From a virus, in IMG/VR virus record IMGVR_UViG_3300025018_001404, positions 13,644 through 77,643 of that record: 64,000 bases of DNA; one strand, 5' to 3'. Under the pieces are notes generated by a model, which had not been told where the DNA came from, made no database searches, and saw only the letters and a list, made by a program, of their open reading frames with translations. Of this stretch, positions 56,546 to 64,000 are shown piece after piece (within the stretch, counting starts at the first letter, position 1; each line of letters starts with the position of its first letter). A program made the position numbers and the translations under genes.

Positions 56546-57819
56546 CACGCAGACTCCTTCTGAAACAGCTTCCGGAACACCGGCCAAATTTCCTTCTCAT
56601 TCCTGGCCACAGCAATCGCCAGGTTCTCGAATTCGGACAGCATCGGCCCCAGCATCTTCATCAACTCACTACCCCCCGAACTCGGTACCGGTGCCCCAAA
56701 TATACCGTACACCAGGCTCATGTCAGGGTGCCTCGGGATATCCAAGTACGTCATGTACTGGACCTTTGGCATGATGCGCCTCAGACTTTCCAGGCTCTCT
56801 TCCTTATCACCCTGCCCACCGGTATCGCCGTCACTGCACTGGCAGAGGTAGAGGTTATAATCGGAGGATGGATAACGCTGCATCGCTTCCTCAGCAACCT
56901 TGTACCCGGCGCTTACAGTAGTTCCACCAGTCTCCTGCCCATAAAAGAACTCGCGCTCGGTGCATTCATAAGCATAAGAGTGATACCGTATGAACACGAT
57001 CTCAACCGTGGCATACCGCTTGTGAAGAAGCAAGTACAGCAACAAGAAGAATCGTTTAGCGATGTCCTTTTCACGCTCGCCCATACTGCCACTAACGTCC
57101 ATCAAGCAGATCATTACTGCTTTCTGGTTGGGCTTTGGCTGCTGAATATAATTCTTGTACCTCAGATCAACTTTATCAATGAACGGGATTCCTTTTCGGC
57201 GGCTGCGAGCACGCTCAAGCAGAGCCAGGACTTCCGGGTCTTGAGTTTCGTTCCACTCATCCTCCAGTTCCTCGATCTCATGCGGTTTGGGCCTGTGGAG
57301 GGCAAGGCGGCGTCCCAGGGCACGCTTGAAGGTCTGCGCTATGGAGAGGTTAGACGGGTTGCCTACAGGCGTGTAGCCCGCCCGTGACGGCCTGGTCTCG
57401 ACGTTCTCCCGCAGCTTCTTGTCCACAAGGTTCGGCAGTTCCAGGTCCTCGAAGAAAAAGTCCAGGAACTCATCCCGAGTCAGGGTGAAAACGAATTCAT
57501 CCTCGCCGTCACCATCGCCTGATCCGACACCGCCACCTGACTGCATCGGCTTCCTGATCGTGTCACCTTCGACAAAATCCTTATTGCCAGGGACAACAAT
57601 CTTGCGCTTACCGGTGCTGTAGTCATGCTCGAATGTCGGTTCATCGATCCCTTTCACAGGAACCTTGACCCTCTTCTGACTGATATCCGCGATTCCCATG
57701 TCACCAACAGCACCACGGACGGCCTTCTTGACGTGCTCCTTAGCCCTGCGGATGAACCTCTGGCGGCTACCCAGGGACTTGTCTTTAGGGTTAGCGCGGC
57801 GGTCGATGACAACAGACAT
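56545..57819 (-). CDS. yeaH: YeaH/YhbH (DUF444) vWA-domain protein
   Basis: IDRR.N.K.KS..RQRF, FFEDLELPNL, AVMICLMDVSGSM (MIDAS), FFY..ETGGT.VS, SDGD. Confidence 0.93.
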   Translation of the reverse strand: MSVVIDRRANPKDKSLGSRQRFIRRAKEHVKKAVRGAVGDMGIADISQKRVKVPVKGIDEPTFEHDYSTGKRKIVVPGNKDFVEGDTIRKPMQSGGGVGSGDGDGEDEFVFTLTRDEFLDFFFEDLELPNLVDKKLRENVETRPSRAGYTPVGNPSNLSIAQTFKRALGRRLALHRPKPHEIEELEDEWNETQDPEVLALLERARSRRKGIPFIDKVDLRYKNYIQQPKPNQKAVMICLMDVSGSMGEREKDIAKRFFLLLYLLLHKRYATVEIVFIRYHSYAYECTEREFFYGQETGGTTVSAGYKVAEEAMQRYPSSDYNLYLCQCSDGDTGGQGDKEESLESLRRIMPKVQYMTYLDIPRHPDMSLVYGIFGAPVPSSGGSELMKMLGPMLSEFENLAIAVARNEKEIWPVFRKLFQKESA

Positions 57820-57821
57820 TC

Positions 57822-57932
57822 CTATTCGACCCTTCTGAAACACTGCACAAGCACAAACAGCACAACACCCATGAAAAACGTGATGACAGCGAACTCAAGT
57901 ACACCCACCAACACGTTCAACATACCTACCAT
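57822..57932 (-). CDS. 36-aa single-TM peptide
   Basis: MVGMLNVLVGVLEFAVITFFMGVVLFVLVQCFRRVE. Confidence 0.5.
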   Translation of the reverse strand: MVGMLNVLVGVLEFAVITFFMGVVLFVLVQCFRRVE

Positions 57933-58021
57933 ACCTTCCAATAGCACCTAGCGATAAGCCAAATCAGCGCAGCGAATGCCCCTGCACCAAGTAGAAAAGA
58001 GAAAGCTATTACATATACCAC
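57926..58021 (-). CDS. 31-aa single-TM peptide
   Basis: (M)VYVIAFSFLLGAGAFAALIWLIARCYWKVW, starts right after the prkA stop. Confidence 0.45.
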   Translation of the reverse strand: MVYVIAFSFLLGAGAFAALIWLIARCYWKVW

Positions 58022-58022
58022 G

Positions 58023-59987
58023 TTATGAACTCTTTTGCACGCGCATGTAATACTCAACAACTCTCTGAGTCTGTCGCGGAGTGTATCCTTTTTCTTTCAT
58101 CCTGGCGATGAAAGCGTTATGCTTCTTGTCATCTTCCTTAGTCTTCTTTGAACCAAAGGAAATGATCGGCAACATTTCATCAAGAGTAGAGAACATCTTT
58201 TTCTCGATGGTCTCTTTGATCTTGTTGTACGCCTTCCAATCGGGAATTTTCCCACCATTGTTGGCCCTTTGGCGCAGGGTCCACTTCACGACTTCATTGC
58301 GGAAGTCCTTGGGATTGGCGATACCAGCAGCCTTCTCGACGCCGGACAGGTCAGCATCCAGTGCGGCGCGGTCCAGGATCGTCCCGGTGTTCAAATCCTT
58401 GTAGTTGTTCTGGTCCAACCAGGCCTCGGCATAGGCGACGTATTTTTCGAAAATAGTCTGGCCGTAGTCATCGGCGTTTTCCAGGTAAGCACTGCGAATC
58501 TCATTACCGATGAACTCGATATACCGGCCCGCGATATCAACCTTGACGAACTCCAACAGGTTTTCGGCTTCCTCGTCACTGAACTGTTCCGCCACGATAC
58601 GGTTTATCAGCACGTCCATCAGGTGAACCGGATCGGCCCCGACCTCAGTGTCATGGTTGAACGTGTCACTGAGAACCTTGAAGCAGAACCGAGTCGAAAT
58701 GCCGGTCATCCCCTCATCGACACCAGCGGCGTCACGGTACTCCTGCATCGACCGAACCTTGGGGTCAACATCCCGGATGTTCTCGCCGTTGTAGAGGCGC
58801 TGCTTCGAGTGCAGGGATGAGTTTTCATGCTCTTTCAGACGCGACAACACGGCGAACTCGGCAAGCATCGGCAACGTCTTCGGCGCACACGGAGCCGCCG
58901 CCAAAGAGGATACAGACAGCATCTTCTTGTAGATCGCCTCTTCCTCATCCGACTGCAGGCAGTAGGGCACCTTGATCACACAGACACGGTCCAGGAACGC
59001 CTCGTTATTCTTGTCGGACTTGAACTTGATCCACTCAGTAAGATTCGAGTGAGCAAGGATAACGCCCTGGTACGGGATCGCACTCAAAGCCTCGGAACCG
59101 ACATAGTTGCCTTCCTGAGTCGCGGTCAGGAGGGGGTGCAGCACCTTGATCGGTGCCTTGAACATCTCGACAAACTCAAGCAGGCCCTGAGTCGTGCGGT
59201 TGAGACCACCACTGAAACTGTAGGCATCAGGGTCGTTTTGAGAAAAACTCTCAAGCATCCGCAGATCGGTCTTGCCAACAAGCGTAGTGATATCTTGGTT
59301 GTTGTCGTCACCCGGCTCAGTCTTCATCACACAGACCTGGCGCAGCTTCGACGGCTTCATCTTGACGACACGGAACTTGGAGAGATCACCCTTGGCGGCG
59401 TCCAGGCGCTTCACAGCCCATGGAGAAAGCAGGCCAGTCAAGTAGCGCGGCTCGATGCCGTATTCGTCCTGCAGAGCCTTGCCGTGGCGCTCAGGGTTGA
59501 ACAGGCCCAGGGGCGACTCGAATACCGGAGAGGTTTCAATCTGGGTCTCGTCATGAATCTCATGTTCGACATAGGCCAGCACATAGACATGGTGGACTTC
59601 CATCAGGGACTTCAGCCGTTCAGCGATGCTCGACTTGGCGGAACCAACCGGACCCAGGAGATAGAGAACCTGCTTCTTCTCTTCGAGTCCCTGAGCGGCG
59701 TGCTGGAAGAACCCAACCAACTTTTCGATGCTGTTCTCGATGCCATAGAAATCATGGAAAGCATCGTAAACCTTGATCGTCCGGTTCTGGTGGATGATGG
59801 AGAGCCGGGGATCATTCGAGGTATCAACCAGCCGGGGTTCACCAATGGCGGCAACCATGCGCTCGGCGGCACTGGCGTAGGCGAGGTGATCGGCCTTGCA
59901 CATCTCCAAGTATTCTTGGATTGTCATGCTTTCCGGCTGTTCTTCCCGGTAGCTGGCACTGAATTGCTCGATGAAATCCATACCCAT
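58023..59987 (-). CDS. prkA: PrkA/YeaG family AAA+ protein
   Basis: AQGLEEKKQVLYLLGPVGSAKSS, KTEPGD.NNQDI, QGLLEFVEMFKAPIKVLHPLLTATQEGNY, NNEAFLDR, KDFRNEVV. Confidence 0.95.
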   Translation of the reverse strand: MGMDFIEQFSASYREEQPESMTIQEYLEMCKADHLAYASAAERMVAAIGEPRLVDTSNDPRLSIIHQNRTIKVYDAFHDFYGIENSIEKLVGFFQHAAQGLEEKKQVLYLLGPVGSAKSSIAERLKSLMEVHHVYVLAYVEHEIHDETQIETSPVFESPLGLFNPERHGKALQDEYGIEPRYLTGLLSPWAVKRLDAAKGDLSKFRVVKMKPSKLRQVCVMKTEPGDDNNQDITTLVGKTDLRMLESFSQNDPDAYSFSGGLNRTTQGLLEFVEMFKAPIKVLHPLLTATQEGNYVGSEALSAIPYQGVILAHSNLTEWIKFKSDKNNEAFLDRVCVIKVPYCLQSDEEEAIYKKMLSVSSLAAAPCAPKTLPMLAEFAVLSRLKEHENSSLHSKQRLYNGENIRDVDPKVRSMQEYRDAAGVDEGMTGISTRFCFKVLSDTFNHDTEVGADPVHLMDVLINRIVAEQFSDEEAENLLEFVKVDIAGRYIEFIGNEIRSAYLENADDYGQTIFEKYVAYAEAWLDQNNYKDLNTGTILDRAALDADLSGVEKAAGIANPKDFRNEVVKWTLRQRANNGGKIPDWKAYNKIKETIEKKMFSTLDEMLPIISFGSKKTKEDDKKHNAFIARMKEKGYTPRQTQRVVEYYMRVQKSS

Positions 59988-60018
59988 TTTCGACCTCTTT
60001 CCTGAATTCCCCTAAAGG

Positions 60019-60034
60019 TTACACTCTATGTCAA
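60019..60034 (-). promoter_or_regulatory. Conserved promoter/operator motif upstream of prkA
   Basis: TTGACATAGAGTGTAA; -10 poorly matched. Confidence 0.55.
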
Positions 60035-60049
60035 CGGATGGCAAACGAA

Positions 60050-60346
60050 TTATTTCTTTGCAGGGACAATCTGTCCGCAACACGGGCACTTGGATGTCGG
60101 GTGCTTCAGCATGTAGTCAATCGTACGCTTGCAAACCTTCAGACAGGCGTCAATCTGATCCTCAGAGGCGTTAGCGAGTCCCCGCTCCAGATTGCCAAAA
60201 CCATACCGTTCGCCAAGCGCGCCCATGGCGCTAAATGTAGCCATACTGCCCATGTAGACCGAATTAATGCTATCCTGACCAGACCGATAAGACAGGGCTG
60301 CACGGATAAGGTCACGCTTTTGCTCAATGTCCATCTCAACCTCCAA
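60050..60346 (-). CDS. Hypothetical protein with C-terminal CPCC
   Basis: Early-region ORF. Confidence 0.6.
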   Translation of the reverse strand: MEVEMDIEQKRDLIRAALSYRSGQDSINSVYMGSMATFSAMGALGERYGFGNLERGLANASEDQIDACLKVCKRTIDYMLKHPTSKCPCCGQIVPAKK

Positions 60347-60409
60347 ACGCTTTCACCAGGAACATCAGAAAGAACAAGCCTGCACCCGTCGCCACGGTTT
60401 CAATCGCGT

Positions 60410-60571
60410 TCATGAGATACCTTTACCTTTCGCCGCTGCAATCACTTCTCTGGCACGCACTAAGGCAGGATGCACAACCGGGTCATCATCCCAAGCGTCA
60501 TCAAAACCGGCTAACAACTCCTCCAGTTCTATGAGAGACCGGAGCAGCCTTGACTCAATCGTTCTAGGCAT
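60410..60571 (-). CDS. Hypothetical protein
   Basis: LL..L.EL...RAREVIAAAKG motif; RBS GAGGA. Confidence 0.55.
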   Translation of the reverse strand: MPRTIESRLLRSLIELEELLAGFDDAWDDDPVVHPALVRAREVIAAAKGKGIS

Positions 60572-60965
60572 CGACCTGTTCCTCTTCTGACTCAAAGGCG
60601 TGTCCGCACTGCACCAGGGCAAAGCCCCTTTCAATGCAACCAGTGAACTGGACGAAATCAGCCTCTACAGTCGTCGCCTTGCAACCATGATGCATGTTAA
60701 CACTGCCTCGAATATCAGCACCGAAGGAAGGCTCAAGCCTTTTCTCCGACACCCAATGCCCAAGGAAGGCACTATGGGGGCTACGGTCACCATCGATGTC
60801 AATATGGCAATCGACACCACGCAGGCTGAGGGTCATCCGGATAAGGCGCGGCCTGTAGATTGACTCTTCCCGATGCACCGCGACTCCGATTGCCGACACG
60901 GCTTCAGCGAGCATATCCGCCATTCTGGCGCGGTCAGGCTTCCTCTTTATGCTTAGTTCAGTCAT
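60564..60965 (-). CDS. Hypothetical protein
   Basis: Start MTELSI after AAGGA. Confidence 0.6.
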   Translation of the reverse strand: MTELSIKRKPDRARMADMLAEAVSAIGVAVHREESIYRPRLIRMTLSLRGVDCHIDIDGDRSPHSAFLGHWVSEKRLEPSFGADIRGSVNMHHGCKATTVEADFVQFTGCIERGFALVQCGHAFESEEEQVDA

Positions 60966-61050
60966 CACTGATTCCTTTACAGTAGAATCCAAAGCAACAC
61001 CCCACCCCAGGCAGCCACAGCAAACGCGATACCGCCTATCATCCCCCAAT

Positions 61051-61407
61051 TCATTCTTCTACGCCCTCCAACTCTTCCAGAAACTCATATTCCGGCTCAA
61101 CATCGATATGCTGGTTCAGGTATTCTTCCCCATCGCCTAGCAAATCCTCTTCTTCACCAACGATCCAGAAACCATCCTGCAACTTGATCTGCGCCAACAG
61201 GTAGAGGTTGTCAGCCCAATCCTCCCCATAGACTTCCTGGGCCAGCAAGCGCAAGCAATCCATAGTCAGGGAAGAGGGATCAGGCTGCGGGAACATGTAG
61301 CCGTAGCGTTCCACGGCATAGCGCCCCAGGCAAGCATGAGCATTAGCGTGTATCTCGCTGGCACTGCCAATGCAGGCACCTTGAAGCAAGACAAGGTAGT
61401 GTTTCAT
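61051..61407 (-). CDS. Hypothetical acidic protein
   Basis: 118 aa with very acidic C-terminus. Confidence 0.6.
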   Translation of the reverse strand: MKHYLVLLQGACIGSASEIHANAHACLGRYAVERYGYMFPQPDPSSLTMDCLRLLAQEVYGEDWADNLYLLAQIKLQDGFWIVGEEEDLLGDGEEYLNQHIDVEPEYEFLEELEGVEE

Positions 61408-61416
61408 GTCAGTTTC

Positions 61417-61704
61417 CTACGATGTGCGCCATATTCTCACGCCTTTAACCCCGTTTTCTACGACTGTTTTACCCGTGAACTTCAGACCATGGGCACGCCC
61501 GTAAGCCTTCGCCGCCGAATGTGCAGCCCCCTGGCCCGCCGTTCCCTTCCTTGCTGTCACCTGCCCAGGAGCAAAGAACGAGTCTCCAACCTTCATCCTA
61601 TCGAATGGGTATTTCAGCTTTGGTTTGGCGGTAACCGGATGGTCATCCTGCACTTTGAAGTTAACCGGGAAGGGAACATTTTTGTCTATTTTAAAGTCGG
61701 CCAT
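61417..61704 (-). CDS. Putative DNA-binding phage protein
   Basis: FKIDKNVP.P...KYPF..M.VGDSF...GVRIWR pattern. Confidence 0.7.
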   Translation of the reverse strand: MADFKIDKNVPFPVNFKVQDDHPVTAKPKLKYPFDRMKVGDSFFAPGQVTARKGTAGQGAAHSAAKAYGRAHGLKFTGKTVVENGVKGVRIWRTS

Positions 61705-61709
61705 GGGTG

Positions 61710-62078
61710 CTAACCACGGACCTTGGCGCGCTCGATGGATGCGTTTGCATCCGCAATAAAGTTCTCAAGCGAGTCAGGTTTAATACCCTCTACATAGCGC
61801 ACACCGTATCCTGCTAGTAGAGCATAGACTGACTCAACGCCGTCAACCCTCGCTAGGGTGTTTGCTACCATAAGTGCATCCCTTCGGAGTTTCCCAACCC
61901 TATCAGGTGTTAGACGAACATTGGTGGCAACCGCCCTCCAGGCGTCCTGAGCAGCACTAAGGCGCTTCAAGGCATCCTTTATGCTGGCACCGTCATTCCG
62001 AGTCGTAGCCATGGCAAAATTCAAGGCCGCAGCGTCTAGCTCTTCCCCAGCGCGAATCAGTTCGTCCATGCCCATCAC
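61710..62078 (-). CDS. Hypothetical protein
   Basis: Early-region ORF. Confidence 0.55.
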   Translation of the reverse strand: MMGMDELIRAGEELDAAALNFAMATTRNDGASIKDALKRLSAAQDAWRAVATNVRLTPDRVGKLRRDALMVANTLARVDGVESVYALLAGYGVRYVEGIKPDSLENFIADANASIERAKVRG

Positions 62079-62261
62079 TCAATCCCTCTGAAATCTTGGG
62101 TGAACCTTGTACTCAACAAAGATGCGAGTCCCTGTCTCAGTCTTGACCTTGACGCGCCCGTCATTTGTGTACCCGGTAACCGTGCCCTTGACTATCTCAG
62201 GCCAACCCTTCACACGTAGGGACACGTAGACCGCTGCACCTGGAAGAAACCGCCCCATCAC
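62079..62261 (-). CDS. Hypothetical SH3/KOW-like small protein
   Basis: F.PG..V...GTVTG...RVKV beta-rich pattern. Confidence 0.5.
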   Translation of the reverse strand: MMGRFLPGAAVYVSLRVKGWPEIVKGTVTGYTNDGRVKVKTETGTRIFVEYKVHPRFQRD

Positions 62262-62473
62262 TCGGATTCCCTACTGGCGACACGCTCAACAAAGGCGTGG
62301 AAATACCGGCCACGACTGCCATTGGCGTTCTTTGGCTTCTGGTAGCCGTAGGCGTCCGCTTCCGCGATCAGTGCCTCTACCTGAGAGGATGACAACTCGT
62401 GATAGCCTGAACCCTTCGGCACCTTGCACCGCTGCAGGATATCGTGGGCGGCGTGTCTGTTCATCCTGGCCAT
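62258..62473 (-). CDS. Hypothetical phage protein
   Basis: L.S.QV..L...AD..GY.KPKNANGSRGRYF. Confidence 0.6.
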   Translation of the reverse strand: MARMNRHAAHDILQRCKVPKGSGYHELSSSQVEALIAEADAYGYQKPKNANGSRGRYFHAFVERVASRESE

Positions 62474-62628
62474 TATTCCGACTCCCCTTTGACCTTGGCT
62501 ATAAGGGTGCGGGCGCGGTCTCGCTTTTCCTGGCCGTAGCTACGCATCCCGGTAGCTGGTGCAGCGGCATCGGCAACCGTAAGCACATCCTCTAGCGCCG
62601 CCAGTAACTCGTATTCAAGATCAGTCAT
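62473..62628 (-). CDS. Hypothetical protein
   Basis: ELLAALE...AR..IAK.KGE motif. Confidence 0.55.
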   Translation of the reverse strand: MTDLEYELLAALEDVLTVADAAAPATGMRSYGQEKRDRARTLIAKVKGESE

Positions 62629-62878
62629 CTTCGGACTCCTCAACCGTGATGTAAAACGGCCCACTCCAGTCCTTTACCCAGGCAGGGGCGTTCTCCAAAT
62701 CCCGCAACACATCGGACTCGTAGCTATCAGAAACTAACGCATCCTCGCGGGCTTCAGGAGTCAGGGACGCCAGAAACTCGGTTACATCCCATTCGGCCTC
62801 GCCTTCCAATTCCACTTCTATGGCGTAGTCATTAACCCAGGCTTGCGGCGTGAAGGTGGCAATGTACCTATTCATCAC
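62621..62878 (-). CDS. Hypothetical acidic protein
   Basis: F.PQAW.NDYA.E...W.GPF.I. Confidence 0.6.
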   Translation of the reverse strand: MMNRYIATFTPQAWVNDYAIEVELEGEAEWDVTEFLASLTPEAREDALVSDSYESDVLRDLENAPAWVKDWSGPFYITVEESEDD

Positions 62879-63408
62879 TCAGACTCCACCGTAGGTTCCC
62901 CGTCAGGGTACTCTTCCTCGCACGGAGGCTCATAATCAGCCATAGCCTGTTCATACTCGGACTCAGTGCTGCCGACTTCATGGAACCAGGAGAACACGTC
63001 ATCAGCTACGGTTCCGGTTACATCGATGCACGCGCCGTCGAACCAATCCATAAACCAATATTCAGCACGGTAGCATGACCGGCCAGCATCGTGGCTGTAA
63101 AACCTGATTTCATCCGAAGGTCCACCCCATGACATCTGATAGCGGAAATATCCCTCTTCCTGGTCAGTGAACGTGTAGGGCGCAACGTAGTCAAAAGACA
63201 GGGCGTAGGATGAGAAGGCCTCGCTCATCAATTCTTGAATCTCATCCCGGTTGCCTAGGGCATACTGATAATCAATACCCTGTTCCGTCCAGAACGTTAT
63301 CAGTTCATCGTCGCTGCAGTAGCGGTGACTCAGCATGGCTTTTAGATCAGCCTCGCGGCTTGCCCACTGAGAGGCAACATGATCAGCACACTTGGTTTGT
63401 TCAGTCAT
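62875..63408 (-). CDS. Hypothetical acidic phage protein (SWGGPSDE motif)
   Basis: L.FDYV...TF.DQ..GYFRYQ.SWGGPSDE.RFY...Y.F.DWFDGA; RBS GGAG. Confidence 0.7.
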   Translation of the reverse strand: MTEQTKCADHVASQWASREADLKAMLSHRYCSDDELITFWTEQGIDYQYALGNRDEIQELMSEAFSSYALSFDYVAPYTFTDQEEGYFRYQMSWGGPSDEIRFYSHDAGRSCYRAEYWFMDWFDGACIDVTGTVADDVFSWFHEVGSTESEYEQAMADYEPPCEEEYPDGEPTVESE

Positions 63409-63436
63409 TCGACTCACTCCGTTGTTTCTAGCAACC

Positions 63437-63465
63437 AATCTACGATAAGTTGCACTCTATGTCAA
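63437..63465 (-). promoter_or_regulatory. Early promoter
   Basis: TTGACA-tagagTGCAActtatcg-TAGATT. Confidence 0.8.
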
Positions 63466-63472
63466 CAATCCT

Positions 63473-63700
63473 TTAAGCCGGAACCACATAGGAGAAGCAC
63501 GGCAACAAACTGGCTTTGCACCACTTCAATTCCCGCGCCTCCAATGCCCTGGCACGGCGTTCCGCATTCTCCAGGCTACTATGCCGACTCACTGGTTCCG
63601 CCGTTGGATAGTCACGGGAAATGGCAGACTCGTGGCCGTAGATGAATCGCTTTTCATGGTCCAAGCCTCTAGGGCAATCCTCATACACTGCGTAGGCCAT
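63473..63700 (-). CDS. Hypothetical protein
   Basis: RBS GGAG; TAATG-coupled to the upstream gene. Confidence 0.55.
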   Translation of the reverse strand: MAYAVYEDCPRGLDHEKRFIYGHESAISRDYPTAEPVSRHSSLENAERRARALEARELKWCKASLLPCFSYVVPA

Positions 63701-63999
63701 TAGACCGACTCCACCTTGAGCAAACTCATGTCAACGATACCAGCCATGTAATCTTTAAACCTCGCTAACTGCCAAGCCTTGACTCCGTCATACCCACCAT
63801 AGGCGGCACGGGCGGCATAGGCGGCAGCATAGGCGGCATAGGCGGCATAGGCGGCAGCATAGGCGGCATAGGCGGCATAGGCGGCAGCATAGGCGGCAGC
63901 ATAGGCGGCATCGGCAGCACAGGCAGCATAGGCGGCATAGGCGGCATCGGCAGCACAGGCAGCATAGGCGGAACCCGATCTAGTCGCCTCGATAGCCTG
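63700..63999 (-). CDS. Partial gene with Ala-Ala-Tyr repeat (start lies beyond window)
   Basis: Frame QAIEATRSGSAYAACAADAAY...AAYGGYDGVKAWQLARFKDYM...; its stop overlaps the next ATG. Confidence 0.7.
   Translation of the reverse strand, partial: QAIEATRSGSAYAACAADAAYAAYAACAADAAYAAAYAAAYAAYAAYAAAYAAYAAYAAAYAARAAYGGYDGVKAWQLARFKDYMAGIVDMSLLKVESV
63799..63970 (-). repeat. Coding tandem repeat of 9/12-bp units (GCCGCCTAT, GCTGCCGCCTAT)
   Basis: Direct inspection; all units are multiples of 3. Confidence 0.9.
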
Positions 64000-64000
64000 G

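Noticed and set aside
63719-63734. Additional TTGACA promoter motif
   Set aside because: Inside a coding region, and lacks both the KGCAA half-site and a -10.
63765-63965. Pro/Met-rich ORF in the ORF track
   Set aside because: Wrong frame of the repeat; the Ala/Tyr frame is open from the window edge and coupled to the next gene.
63799-63970. Possible CRISPR array or iteron set
   Set aside because: Units are contiguous 9-12-bp codon multiples with no unique spacers.
1-64000. Prophage boundaries, integrase or alternative genetic code
   Set aside because: No integrase, att-like junction or host housekeeping flank is seen; genes read intact in code 11 using all three stop codons.

Overview
A 64-kb segment of a long-tailed dsDNA phage (siphovirus) genome, cut inside the terminase gene at the left edge and inside an early gene at the right edge. 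The + strand (1-27.7 kb) holds the morphogenesis and lysis genes: terL, DUF4055-type portal, a terS-like gene, scaffold, a small tRNA/structured-RNA island, YuA/phiJL001-like capsid and neck, tail tube, frameshifted tail chaperones, tape measure, a GTA-like tail tip, a SPRY-domain receptor-binding protein, holin, SLT endolysin and Rz/Rz1. The - strand (27.7-64 kb) holds nucleotide metabolism (class II RNR, thyA, dCMP deaminase, MazG-like, NDT, dATP/dGTP diphosphohydrolase), replication (intein-containing PolA, SSB, Cas4-like exonuclease, SNF2 helicase, RuvC-like resolvase), GapR, a DNA methyltransferase, a complete prkA-yeaH-spoVR operon and small early genes; an HTH gene and a prim-pol are divergent on +. 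GapR, the GTA-like tail and the initiator tRNA suggest an alphaproteobacterial host (inference). Main oddities: the phage-borne AAA+/vWA/SpoVR operon; two conserved promoter classes; a structured RNA ahead of the tRNAs; two tRNA genes fused by a microhomology deletion; a one-gene cassette flanked by 21-bp direct repeats; a SPRY domain nested in another; an unannotated ArfA-like peptide. All family assignments come from motif recognition by eye, not from database searches.
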